Origin: Lophium mytilinum
Lineage: Eukaryota
NCBI GenBank assembly: GCA_010093605.1
Contig: MU004186.1
Span: 203,765-267,764 of the forward strand
Reading direction: 5' to 3'
Length of the DNA: 64,000 bases
Below the pieces are notes generated by a model. The model did not search any database, had not been told where the DNA came from, and was given only the letters and a program-made list of their open reading frames with translations. Both the position numbers and the translations under genes were made by a program. The number at the start of each line of letters is the position of its first letter. Position 1 is the stretch's first letter. Below, in pieces: positions 12,101 to 24,509 of this stretch.

Positions 12101-13835
12101 ACGTTGAACGAATGCCTTCAAGTTTTTAGGGGGGTCGAAGTCAATGACAAGGTGGCAGCTAGATATATCGATGCCCTCCTCTAGCACGCTCGTAGCGATG
12201 ATGAGATTTCTATCGCCCTCTCTGAAATCTTCTAGGACTTGTTGTTGGAGACGGGGCTCCGCAAGATCTGCCAAATTCATTTTCCTTTTCGAGCTTGTCG
12301 ATGTACCTACGAAAGTTCCAATCCGAAACACATCCCTGGTCCGGGGATGTTCGGAGAGTAGCTGACCGAGCACCGCAACCGTTGCTCTTTGCTCGGCGAA
12401 TATGATCCCTCTGAAATTGGTGCTGGATTGTGCGACTAGGGCGTCGATTAAAGCTTGCACTTTAGGTGTACAGTACCGTCCGATAGGAGAAGGGACAGGA
12501 GTAGACCCTGCTACAGCCTTTTTGAGTATTGCATGTAGATACTGCTTTTCAGTGTCGGAGTATGGGGTAAGCAGCGGATCTGAGCTTTCTATGAGCTTCT
12601 CGAACTTTAAAGTGCATTTCCGCAAGAACCAGTCAGCAGACCAAGGACCGAGCGCGTTGAGTATATCGGCTATTTTGGCCGCAGTGCTGTTCAGTTGTTT
12701 TTGACAGTACGTGTCAAGTCTCACTAACGTCTTTTCCAGCCTTCGCCTAGCTTGTGGGTCGCCAGCTTCCATCTGCTCTACTAGCTGACGTACACAAGGG
12801 TCTTGCATGATATCGAGGCTTCCGATAATTTTGCAAAGCCGTTGAAACGAATCTGGCTTGGCGAATTCCTTTGAGTCAAGGGCACAATAGGTGACGGTGG
12901 AAAGTTGCGGCTTGTGGACGAACCGAATCAACTCCGAGCGGTGAAGTTTGGGTGTCTTCGTAGTTGCGTCGAGATTCTTCTCAATGGTCCTGATGCTGTT
13001 TAGTATTTCCGGTGTTGTCGGCTAGTGTATTGAACGTACTCGAGACCATCAGCTTTGGCATTGATGACAGGGCTGGCGCTGAGCCCCAAGATTCTGGGTA
13101 TTGAATCAGAGACCGAAGAGAATTTGCAAGGTAAATAGAATTTCTGCATGATCTGATTTGCTGGATGATCCTTAGTACAGTGATGAGCTAGAAAATGTGA
13201 GTAAATTTGTTATGGGTCCCTAAATGTTCAGGAAGAATACCTTCATCGAATATCAAAAGGCTCAATCGGTTCAGCTTGACAAACCCATGGGAAAGAGCAT
13301 CAAGTAAAACCGCATGCGTTGAGATCACGATTCTGACGTTTTCGAGCACATCGTTCCATATGCTTTGATCTGTCCAACGATCAACGTCGTCTTCGCCGCT
13401 TAAGAATTGAATGCCAAAGCCTGGGAGATTGGAGCAAAATACGTCGTATTGCTGGTGGCATAACGCTTTTGTTGGAGCGAGGAACCATACAATCTAACAT
13501 AAGATGGGTTGCATTAGCAGAACAACCATACATGAGAGTCGGGAATGAGCTAGTACCTGGCTAGGGTCTGATGTTTCGAGTGCTGCTTCTGTTCGGGCGA
13601 GCGCTCTTATCGAATAAGCAAAGCCCTCGCATCATAAACGACCATATGACTGTTACATGTGTGTCTTGCCACTGCCAGTGTCCATGGCAACTATGATGTT
13701 CTCCTTGAGGCTGGCCTCGACCATCTCTGTCTGGTACGAGCGCAGACGAAAGGGCTCATTGGGTAGACCCGCCACGACGGAAGTTCCGTCTGAAGTATTC
13801 GTACGGGTTTCCATGACGGGATTTTTAGAAGACAT
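9153..13835 (-). CDS. dcl2: Dicer-like protein 2 (DExD helicase, helicase C, dicer dimerisation, 2x RNase III, dsRBD)
   Basis: Motifs LRSYQTEM...[21 protein letters not shown] and FVQRRGRAR. Two RNase III signatures, [13 protein letters not shown] and [14 protein letters not shown]-terminal HPKERLGH...AETEAA dsRBD. About five introns; start ATG at 13835 or 13814. Confidence 0.93.
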
Positions 13836-14356
13836 AGAAAACAAAGATGACAAGTGGGAGTTTACTATCCAGGCAACAAACCGCTCAGTGCAGATGTCGA
13901 TGAGATGAGCTCGACACAGAGACACGACTGTATCGCTCTGTCCATTAGGTCTAGAAGAACAAGCACATCGTTCCGGTGAGCGTCAGCTGATAGGGAACTT
14001 TCGATGGCGGGGATGCTCAAGGCTGGGCTAGAAGAGGATGACTTGTTGCACAGCATCGCAATGCAGACTTAGCGGCACTTGCCGAAGCTATGATTGGCTT
14101 GCAAAATGTATACACTACTTCGTCAAACAATTACCATTGGAAGCATTACAGTATGCTGGATTTGTAGTAATTGAATCTCGTCAGCGGATTTTACATCGGG
14201 CTCTGTCAATCACCACGCAAAAAGCTCACAAGGAGCTCAGTATATTTCAGGGCATCTCATCGCCGTAAAGTATACATCCAGCGCCGAAGTGCTCTATGGA
14301 ACGCATCGTGACTCCAAGGAAGTGAAACCCATATGCTATACCCAAGCCACCGAGCT

Positions 14357-15363
14357 CTACAGATTCGTCAGATAGTCCTCGACTTCCTCCGGGCTCAGCT
14401 TCCTGAATCTGGGCCCTTGGGCGCCCTCAACACCTTCATATCCCAGAAGCTTGTCCTCCGGTGGGCCCACAATGCCAATCTCAACCGTCTCGCCGTTCAT
14501 CTCTCCTTCTATCGTCTCTTTCAGTGTAAGAAGGGCGATGTGAATCGCATCTTCCAACTCCAGGCCCTCGGTGTACCTCTTTTCCAAGAACGTCTTTGCA
14601 CTAGTAGCGCTCTTTCCGATAGCCGTTGCCTTCCAAGGGAAATAGCTTCCGCTAGGATCAACTTGATACAAACTAGGTCCACCCTTGAGAATGCCACCAG
14701 TCTTGCCCGTCGCCCGCTTCTTCTCTGCGTCCGTCTCTCCAGAATCCTGCACCTCCGACTCCGGCTCGATGCCATCATCCCATCCAGCGATCAGCAGACT
14801 GACGCCGTACGGCCGTACACCACCTTGCTGGGTGGCCTCTTGCATAACCCTAGCAACATCCTGCACTAGTATCCTCGTGGGCGGGTATTCGTTGTAGACG
14901 CGCTTGTAGCCGGTATGCGAGACTTTGCGGGCTTTGTCGACAAGAATGCGGTAGTCTGGACCCATGCCGGAGTAGACCATGCCAACGTTGGGTGTTATGA
15001 GGCTAATTTTCGAGGAGGATTGGGAGTCGATGAGTGGCGATGACGACTTCTTCTCGGTCGCAAGCACGATGCCATTGGTTGCTTGGGATCGTCAACAGCA
15101 TGCTCGAGCTATTAGAAGGGGTCCATACCTTTGATCCCCAAGGATGTCACTCCTTGGTTGACGGCGTTCAACGCATATTCTACAACACGACTGTTAGGCA
15201 AAGCTCAAGAAGTTAGACGAAGGCCACGAAACAGGAGCGCACCTATTTGTACCAGCTTTCCACTGTGAGGTCTGTCAGCAGGATGCGCAGCAGCAGAGCT
15301 TCGCGGGGGAGGTGTTTACCTGGGCGAGAAAGTGGTGAGCGAGAAAGAGTACCGATCGGCCAT
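14357..15363 (-). CDS. PRE8: 20S proteasome subunit alpha type-2
   Basis: N-terminus [14 protein letters not shown] at 15363; [53 protein letters not shown]. Three short 5' introns. Confidence 0.96.
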
Positions 15364-15842
15364 AGTGGGTAGATCGTCGAAGAAGAAGACTCGGGGCTAT
15401 GTAGAAGTTATAGCAGATGCCAGGTACGCAGGCCTTGAGGTTGTGAGAGGAGTTGTGATGTGGACGAGAGGGATAGACGGCCTCCACAGAGCTCAGCTAG
15501 GCAAGCTCGCAGACGACGCGGTCGCTTGTGCCAAGACATTCACCGGGCCGATGCTCGTCCGAACAACCTGTCTTCTCGCGCGACATTTTACAGCAGCTTT
15601 ACCCACACTTCATGCGTCCACCTCTCCTTACCCTCCGCCATATGAGGCCCCCCCTGCCAGCACTTCCTGCCGCATGGCTTGAGCTTAGAGATTTCGCAGG
15701 AAGAGCACCTGAGACCACTAATCACGCTTGCAATATTGGTTCTGAAGGCCTCATCACTCTTGTCTCTTAACACACCCTTTGTCCGCCGTATTGAAGCCTG
15801 GGGCGTCCTGATCTTCTTTTTCCTAGCTATCAGTCTACCATC

Positions 15843-16889
15843 ATGTCTGCGAATGAACCCCAAGCCATGCCGGGGTGGTATTGGCCAGACGATTTACCGA
15901 AAGCAGAGTACGAGCCGTCCTCTGGGACCCAGTCCAGCACTCCACAAAGCAACAGTCAGCCTCAAAACGAGCGGCCACGGCGGAGATTCTGGCCTCCAAG
16001 ACAGTGCCGTATCTGCCTTGAGACGGTACAGCCAACGTACCATACAGCGCCCGAACATCTACCCGGTATTTTCCAATCCGGGCCGTCCGTAACGTACGAG
16101 TCAGAAGAAGGTCGTCTCCTCCGACCCTGCAAATGTAAAGGCTCGTCCAAGTACGTTCATGAGGGATGTCTCCAGGCCTGGCGGCACTCTGATCCTTCCT
16201 ACGGACGCCGCAATTACTGGCAGTGCCCAACCTGCGGCTTTCGCTACCGCCTAGCACGGCTAGGGTGGGGTCGCAGCCTTGCTAGCAAAAGTGAGCACCT
16301 CTACCAACTCATTACTGACTCTATTTGCTGACCCTGCTGTCTTTCAAAAGCCGCCCAGATTTCTTTGACGGTTGGCATTCTTATTTTAGCTGTCTTCTTT
16401 CTAGGATTTGTTGCAGACCCGATCATCAATCTTTACCTTGACCCGTACAGTTACTTCTCACCCTTCTCCAGCAGCCAGCCTGAATACTACTATGAGCCTG
16501 AGGAGAAGTCGTCTTGGGTTGAACATTTCCTGAAAGGCTTCACGTCGATGGGCGTCCTTGGATTCCTGAAAGTCTTGTTGTCCAACCCCTTCTCGTACTT
16601 CCGTCTTGGAGGGGGCGGCACTCGAGGCAGGGCCACAGGACGAGACAGATATGAGCAAGTTAGTTGGATCGTTATCCTCGTTGGGGTTTCCACTTTCCTC
16701 TTTGTAAGCCACCTCCTGTCCCAATTCGCAGAGCTTCATCTAACGGGACCTTAGGCTGTGTACAAAGGCGTCCGAGCATGGAGCCGTAGGACCCTAGAAA
16801 AGGCTGGAGAGCAAGTCATGGATGTTCAGCCTGACGACGACGATGATGAGGATGACCAGGTCCCACCTGCTGAAACTGAAACGTTATGA
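15843..16889 (+). CDS. RING-CH (RINGv/MARCH-type) membrane E3 ubiquitin ligase-like protein
   Basis: CRIC...PCKCKGSSKYVHEGCLQAW...CPTC (C4HC3) followed by TM segments. Exons 15843-16290, 16351-16703 and 16755-16889. Confidence 0.9.
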
Positions 16890-18323
16890 GTCCTTTCAAG
16901 GCTCTCAATACATTACTTTTTCTTCTTCCACAGGCCCACTAGCGTGAGACTTTTCCTTGGTCAGTTGACCACACGTGGCCCGAAGCTACACGTTCCGCAC
17001 TTCATTAAGTTGCCATGAAGATCCCAGTATCATGTCAAATGAGTCACCGTGCGAAGATCAACTCGCGCTACGGTTTCGGGAGCGTTGTCAGCGTCTTGTT
17101 GGCACGCTTGCCGGCCGTGGTTGCACTATCCATAGAGATCCTAAGCCTCAATACTGCAGCCTTTTCCAGGCCAGCCTGAACAGTAACGAGGGATGTGGTT
17201 TCAGACTGGCACATATTATGCGAACAGACTTCCTCGTTCTTCTTATGATTTCTTCATGTCAGAGTCGATTACAGCAAGTGACTCCAACAAATTCAAATGG
17301 GTCGTTTGATGGGCTAATCTCAATTACTGAAATCTCTTCAGATGACTGACTCCATGAACTCATGTGAATCGAACTCCATGTGACTGCCTCGATACTTAAA
17401 ACTGAAGCGTATCCTCTTAAACGTTGTCATTAGTAGCTGTAGCCATGCTTTCCCCGTCAAGCAGCGTGGCTGGTTAACCATATAGCAGTTTGATTGGATT
17501 GTTATTCATTAGGATTGACCTGGATTAACGAATAAGTGAATGCAAATGCTCTCAGTCTAAACGAGCAAGGTGCTAGCCATCTTGCTAATCGAATGCCTAG
17601 CCGGGAGAACACGTACGCGTAAAGCGCCTGGATGCGCGCGGTGGTCTGGCGCGGAATTGAGCCATAATGTCAGCCGCAAAAGTGGATAACGAAGAAAGTA
17701 ACGTCTCGCAGTGCTGTGCTTTTAGTAGATTCAGATTACTCTTGGTAATGATAAATCCAGAAAGTGCTTTTCTCTATGCTGATACCATCTAGAATATACC
17801 ACCTGTGGCTCGATTTCCGCGCTAGACCACGGGACGCATCCAGGCGCTGTATTGCCAGCCTTGCCTGCCTCATTAACCACCGCCCCAGGCCCCTCTAGCA
17901 CTCCGCAATGACGAGACGAGTTGAGCGGATTCTGATTTCTTTGATTGCATTTATAGTATATTAACACGTCTGCTAGGCTTTCGAATTACGCCCGATTTAG
18001 CTCTCTCACGTCGCCCCTCACTCTGGACCACTCCGTAGCTTCTTAGGTCGTTTTACCCTCATGCAACACCAATTAGAATAATTGGGTTGACCTCCACTTC
18101 AAGTCTAGATGAGCTAGAAGTGATATTAATAAACCGGCCGTCAGTCCAATTAACGATTGGCGGGTTTACTGACCACGCTGCGCTCCAGTATACATTCCCT
18201 TGAAAGACACCTATTCCACTTAATTTCCTATACCTACAACCTCTTCTGAACTTTCAACAACGTGTCTCTCGATATCCAAGGCTTGTATCTTAAGAACCAC
18301 GAGCCCCAGACTCCTCACGCACT

Positions 18324-19008
18324 ATGAAAGTTCTGTTTTATCTACTTCTTCCACTTGCAGCGCTCACCGGCGCTAGAGTCATCGATCCCGGATACGATCC
18401 CTTTCCGGGATGGGCAGTTGAATCCTCCGGATGTCATCATAGCGGTTCTGGTCGCCAAGCGGTAGACCAACTGGTCGGTCTAATTCTTCGTTCATGCGTC
18501 CAGTATTTCGCGAAAAACTGCGATAGTACCGAACCATCCGACACTTGCCATGATTGGACGAAGACAGGCTGCATCACCTTCAAAGATGACGGGATTCATT
18601 GGGAGCTATCCTACGAGTATATTGGGGAAGTGGAGGATAAGAATCACACACTTTCCAAGGCAAGCTGTATCGGAGGGTTTTCTCATGTGGTATTCAACTG
18701 CCCTGCGGGCGGGTGGACTGAAATTGAAGACCATAAGGGGCTGCACTGGAAGTTCACGTAGGCATTCCCCAATAATGCTACCTCAAGTCATTCTGCTTAC
18801 AATCTCACAGTGCCGATCCTAACGCGTCTGATTGTCCAGAACTCTCCGTCGAAGAGAAAGAGTAAGTTCTACAACGCGATATTCTATCCGTGACAGGAAA
18901 AGTATTCTATAAGTACAGCTACTAACGCTGGGCGGTAGTTTATCTGGATACGACTTGGACTTGGAGAAGCTGGACTTTGCTGAAAGGAATACTTCACTGT
19001 TTGATTGA
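18324..19008 (+). CDS. Small secreted cysteine-rich protein, Y3 glycan-binding-protein-like
   Basis: Signal peptide MKVLFYLLLPLAALTGA. Intron 18758-18810 gives ...NCPAGG...WKFTADPNASDC, resembling the CPxGG...F.xDPNxxDC C-terminus of Coprinus Y3. Ends at 18865, or at 19008 if intron 18862-18938 is spliced. Confidence 0.7.
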
Positions 19009-19964
19009 TCTAGGAAGAGGGGGAAAGGGCCTATCTATATATCTGACCCGTGCCTATACTAGTCTCAATTCGCTTATGTTGGAACACTAGTCAGCCTAAG
19101 CTAACGACTTCCAACAGAATTCTAGTTGGGTTTGAATCGATTGTCAAAGTACTTCGTAGAGTGCTTTCAATGGAATCACGCTAATATCTGCATGGCGTTT
19201 GGCTAGGCCCAGAGGGGTAGATCATGCGCCGATCATAGTGGTGCCTGATAACACTAATTGGAGTGGCGAATTGCATTGTTAGATCAGACAATTCGATCTT
19301 GAAATCCCTTTAATTTGCATCACTCCCAGTACCAATGCAATTTGTTCAATTCGTTTTTAATGAAAATATTTGGAAGACTTCTTCTGTTTTAAACTTCATT
19401 AGTGGATTACTTTCATTAGTGCTTGTCAATGTGCTAAACTGTACCGTTGGCAATGTTTTCTTTCGATGGCGTTTCCAAACTACCGATGTGTTGCAACTAT
19501 CCTCTGTAATTTGTCACTATTCTACGTTCCATAAGCTTTCATGTCACTTGTGCAATCCGAGAAACAGTGAAGCGGTCGCTATCAAGAGAAATTCTATCCC
19601 ACATCATTCCCGAAACGGCCACATCAACCTCGACGTCCCCTTCTACCGCACAAAGGGGACTTCGCACCTTCTGGTGCTTCTGTGAACTCTCCAAAGGGCA
19701 TCACACCTCCGCAGACAGCGGCATCAGGCCAAAGAGATACACCCCTTTTTCACAAGACACTAATGCCATAGGCAGGATAAAAATAAATCGCCGCAGAGAT
19801 GCCCGCCGCCGTCAAACCAGAAGCCCACACCAAACTGAGCATCAAGGAACCCAATCTGCTTCGACCAATCTGCCCCGCAAACCACCAACCCTCCGATAGG
19901 CGGCAAACGAGCCTCCACACCACTACCGCTTCCGCTTCCTGGAAGCTCTCCCGAACTCCTACAC

Positions 19965-20598
19965 CTACTGCTCCATCTTGCCATCCAGCTTCAGCACGAC
20001 ACACTTCTCCTCCAGCTTCCTCACCTCATGGCCCTGCGCCTGTGCCCGCGCCGCACCCACACGCTTAACATGCTTGCAATCAAACTTATGCTCAGCCCAA
20101 TGCTCCCTCTGGCACTCAGGCGAGCAATACGAGATACGCTCACACGCCGCGCACTTCCGCAGCGTCGGCTTCTTGCAGATCGGACACGCGGGCCCTAGGG
20201 CTGCCGCCGCTGTCGCGTGGCTTGGTTTGTTGCCTACGACCGCCATTACCACGTCAGCAATCTACTCGCAACACCTACGTTTTCAGATGGTGGGGGAAAG
20301 GGGGAAGAAAGATAGTTGACGTACTCCGCGCCTCCTGGGTTCTGAAAAGCTTTTGCATTACCTTCCCGTGCTTGTAGTGCTCCTCCCAGAGTAAATGGCC
20401 TGGGTCCTGCATCGCGTGGAGCTGGTCGTGGAAGGACTGGAGTGCGTGGCCGGGTAGGCCAGCGATGATGCGTTGCATGTTCCATTGGTTTTGCATAAAG
20501 ATACGGTCGAACTCGGCGGGGTCGCCGAGATCGATGCGGGCGATGGCGGGGGTGGAGGTAGGGTGGGAGTAGTTGATGGTTTTTGGAAGGGGTGGCAT
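19965..20598 (-). CDS. MYND-type zinc-finger protein
   Basis: Exons 20598-20325 and 20233-19965 join in frame; CPIC...KCAACERISYCSPECQREHWAEHKFDC. Confidence 0.85.
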
Positions 20599-20826
20599 GG
20601 TGGTTGTGGGAATGTTTTGGGAGATTCTAGTGGGAGATGGAGGGCTGAAGAGGACATAGGCGTTCGGCCATCACGCGCTCGAGATGTGAATTGGGGTTCT
20701 TTGCTTGCGAATAACATTCACAGTTAACTAACTAGTCTATAATTGAGATTTTCATTGAAACAAACATAGTAGCCCAGTCTAGTATTCATACCCAGCACAT
20801 CAGCGACTATCCTTACCCCTAGACGG

Positions 20827-21804
20827 TTACATATCTTTCAACTGATCAAGCGCATCTCCAATTTCTTGTTCTACGGTACTAGCAAGATGAGCAAATTCCG
20901 CTACCTTTTGTTAGCATACGTCAGATAAGAGTATAACGGCAAGGTACCATCTGGAGTTCCATCCAAAGCAATTGTATGCATCTCGCCGTATGGGTATAGC
21001 GTTGCCGGACTCGTCTTCGCAGTAGACTGGCGGGGAAGCTGCTGAGGGATTACTAGGCGGGGACAGACGGGCGATGAGTCTGAAGACTAGGAGGTTAGCA
21101 ACAACCAGACGGCTAGATGGCGGACAGTTACCAAGGGCGAAGTGTTGGGTATCGTGATAATACATCAACCTAAGCCTACCCGGGGGCTTCGGTAGAGCCG
21201 ATGAGCTGCTCGTGAGACAGTTGCCAACCGGTAAAGCATACCCAACTTCTGTGGGAATCAACACATACGCCTCTCCAGGGTCGCTAACTCCAATAGAGAT
21301 ATCTTTCGTGACGAGTGTGTCGTCTGGGCCGAGATCCGTGAACTCGGCCGTCGCGGTGTGGCAAGCTCTCGTAGTTGCGGCGTAGCAGGGCCGCTCAATC
21401 GCGGTGGACGTCTGCTGATAGAATTGACCCAGTTGCTCGGCTGTCCACGCGTTGGTGCATACCGCAACTTGGGCGTTTGCTAGGGATCCATTCACAGTAT
21501 TAGATTGTAAGGGAGCCGATTGGAGTTTGTACCCGTTGATTCTCAAGAACATGTATGCCGCTAGAAGTGCTGTGCGTTTATTTCCATCTTGGAACGCGTG
21601 ATTTTTCATGATTTTTTCGGAGAGTTTTGCGGCAAGCTGGAACATATTCTGTTGAGTGGTGTAGTAATTGATGTTTATGGGCGACTGCACTGCTGATTCC
21701 AACATAGACGGCTGTGTGGGCTGGGCATTCATGATTATGGATCTGTGAAGACGTATAACCTGAGCGGCGGTCAGGAAGCGGAACTTCGCGACGTCGAAGG
21801 TCAT
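20827..21804 (-). CDS. Doc/Fic (death-on-curing) domain protein fused to a fungal domain of unknown function (~292 aa)
   Basis: LESAVQSP...HAFQDGNKRTA Doc motif at 21568-21600. Modelled exons 21804-21132, 21079-20948 and 20900-20827; both introns have GT donors, GCTAAC branch points and YAG acceptors. Confidence 0.82.
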
Positions 21805-22869
21805 TGCCAACTCAGTTCGTTGTCGGATCGATGGCTGAGTAAAAGGGCGAATTTGCGGACCGTTCGATATGGTCTGCACACCTGTTACTAAAAAGTAGCT
21901 TTTTATGAGCGTGTGCTAACTACCAAGGCTTTAAAACGCGTAAATCCCGAGGCTGAGATGAGTAACTTCTCATTCATGGGATGGAGGCTGGTGCTGTCTT
22001 GTTCGTTGAGTCAAGGTTCCACATCGACTTTAGACAAGTCTTTACAGAAATGCCTCCCGCAGACAGCTTTTAAGCGCCTTGTGGATGCGGCGCGGAGTTT
22101 GAAACTGGAGCTCTTCTATTTTTAACAAATGATTCAAATTTCAATCATTCTGGAGGAGGTACCGCTGACGAGGGAACAACGAGTTTTTGAGTTATATAAG
22201 ATGCAGAAAAGGCGTTGCGGGTATTTTGAGATGGAATTGCCTACTTCGTATACGGTGGCTCATAACACTAGGCCTTGGAAGGGAAGCTTTTCCTTAGAAG
22301 ATTCAGAATAAATTAGCAGTTGCACTAGCAGTAGGCTTTCGAGAAAGGTTGATACGTGCTGTTGAATATGATAACTGGCAGATTTACTCAAGACTCAGGG
22401 GGCCCAGGAATGGGAGCGGAGACATTGGACCAGTCAAGGTTCGTTGAACAAAGATTGGCAGTCTCTATCTAAGGTTTCCCGAAGAGTTGCCAAGCGCGTC
22501 CGAATCCCCTTTTGCCAATTCATAAATTCAGAACATGATCGTTGATTTGTAGACTACCACTTATTGTTGAACGAAGCTTGGTAGTGGAGTTGTGAGAGAT
22601 TTCTAGCTCGCTACGGCGTACTAGAATACGCAAGGGGATGTTGTGGCGCGCTTCTAGTGTGCCGTACTAAAACTTCAGATGACCTCGTCGGACAGGCGCC
22701 AGCGAATTATCAAGGCGCCAAACGACGCGTCTGAAACCTTTGGCACGCGCCGGGAGTTCACCTGATCGAGTGCAATAGTATTCAAAGCCCTCGGTGTCGC
22801 CTACGAAATCTCCGCTGAACAAAGCCTCCCCAGCTCTACCAAACTCTCTCCACTGCAACTTCAACGGCC

Positions 22870-23868
22870 ATGTCGAAAGCAACACTCGCTATGGGTGCTG
22901 CTGCCGGCGCAGCAGCAACAGCAGCTATATACTCTCTGTTCAACAACTCCCATCCTGAGCCCCCCATTACCACGACCACCACCACGACCGTCTCGACACC
23001 CTCCCGAACCGGCCCTCCAGCTCCCTCCCCAATCACTCCTGTAGCCATCCGATCACCTCCCCTCGTTGACCCGAACGGCCTCTTCCAATACGGCTTCCCA
23101 GGACCAGTAGCTGACCTTAATCCAACTGCTTCCCTCACTTCTGCCTTCGACCGCCGCACCCGCAATCCCTTCTGGGTCGCCGAACACATTACACCCTTGT
23201 CACTATCAACACACAATGGAGACCGCAAGCACAGCGTGTTCGTGGAGGACGCCTCGATCCCCGAGATGTTCCGTGCAAAACTGAAGGACTACTTTCGGTC
23301 CGGCTACGACCGCGGGCACCAGGTCCCGGCCGCCGACGCGAAGTGGAGCCAGGAAGCCATGGATTCAACCTTCCTGCTCAGCAATATGTGCCCCCAGGTC
23401 GGTGACGGCTTCAACCGCGACTACTGGGCGCACTTTGAGGACTTCTGTCGCCGCTTGACCGGCCGCTATCCCAGCGTGCGCATTGTCACCGGCCCGTTAT
23501 ACCTGCCAAAGCGCGAAGCGGATGGCAAGTGGCGCGTCAGCTACGAGGTCATTGGAAACCCACCCAATGTGGCTGTACCGACGCACTTTTACAAAGTCAT
23601 ATTCGCAGAGGACGGGAGTGTAGGCGGTCAAGTGGCCCTGGGTGCGTTCGTGTTGCCGAACGCGGTGATTGCGAACGACAAGCCGCTCCAGGATTTTGAG
23701 GTCCCTTTGGAGGCAGTGGAGCGTGCGAGCGGGCTGGAGTTTGCGACCAAGTTGCCTGCGATGCGGCGGAAGAAGTTGTGTCAGGAGGTCAACTGCTCCA
23801 TCTTCGTGAAGGATTACAAGCAGCGACAGAAGACGTTTGCGGCTCAGAATCAGGGGGGCAGGCAATAA
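22870..23868 (+). CDS. NUC1: Mitochondrial DNA/RNA non-specific endonuclease (EndoG)
   Basis: FRSGYDRGHQVPAADAK (DRGH), LSNMCPQVGDGFNRDYWAHFE, VPTHFYKV. Intronless. Confidence 0.96.
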   Translation: MSKATLAMGAAAGAAATAAIYSLFNNSHPEPPITTTTTTTVSTPSRTGPPAPSPITPVAIRSPPLVDPNGLFQYGFPGPVADLNPTASLTSAFDRRTRNPFWVAEHITPLSLSTHNGDRKHSVFVEDASIPEMFRAKLKDYFRSGYDRGHQVPAADAKWSQEAMDSTFLLSNMCPQVGDGFNRDYWAHFEDFCRRLTGRYPSVRIVTGPLYLPKREADGKWRVSYEVIGNPPNVAVPTHFYKVIFAEDGSVGGQVALGAFVLPNAVIANDKPLQDFEVPLEAVERASGLEFATKLPAMRRKKLCQEVNCSIFVKDYKQRQKTFAAQNQGGRQ

Positions 23869-24174
23869 TGCACAAGTCATTTGGGCACTAGGACGGTTTG
23901 AACACGATAGGGAGACTGTTCAGTGTTATAGTACTTGAGAGCGGTATGCATTACTTTGGCGTTCCTTCTCCTAGCCACATTTCCTGAGCCCATATTGGTG
24001 GACAAGCATGGCGTGGAGTTCAATCACGCTTTGTAGAATATGCATATTTATTATCGGATGCTCTAAAACGGACGATCCCCTCTTGCATAAGACTAAGACG
24101 TCGGAAGCTTTTAGAACGAGGACTACAATGACTCGTCATAGAAATCCGTACACTCGTCTACCACTGCTTGAGGT

Positions 24175-24509
24175 GCCTCATGGTATTTTCAGCGTTCCGA
24201 ATAAAACAAAAGTACAGCATTTTGAACAACTGTTGACATCGTGAGGCTACTCCAGACAGTGTCAAGATGGTGTACACAGATTGGAAGCCTTATGGTATTT
24301 TCGGCGTTCTAAATGAAAGAAAAGTACAGCATTTTGGACTATTAGTAACCTCGTGAGGCTACTCAGACACTGTCAAAATGGTGTACACAGGTTTGAAGCC
24401 TCATGGTATTTTCAACATTCCGAAAAAGACAAATGTACAGCGTTTTAGACAACTGGTAACCTTGTGAGGCTACTCCAGACAGTGTTAATACGATATACAC
24501 AGATTGGAA
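24175..24509 (+). repeat. Degenerate tandem repeat, ~112-bp unit x3
   Basis: Units start at 24175, 24287 and 24398 (gcctYatggtattttc...gtacagcRtttt...gtgaggctactc(c)agacaStgt...tacacagRttKgaa). Confidence 0.9.

Noticed and set aside
20911..21131. ORF-track C-terminus of the Doc protein (…NCPPSSRLVVANLL…LLSDVC)
   Set aside because: It reads through two sequences with clear donor, branch and acceptor signals, so the spliced model is preferred.
24175..24509. CRISPR-like array
   Set aside because: The whole units are homologous, there are no unique spacers or cas genes, and the context is eukaryotic.
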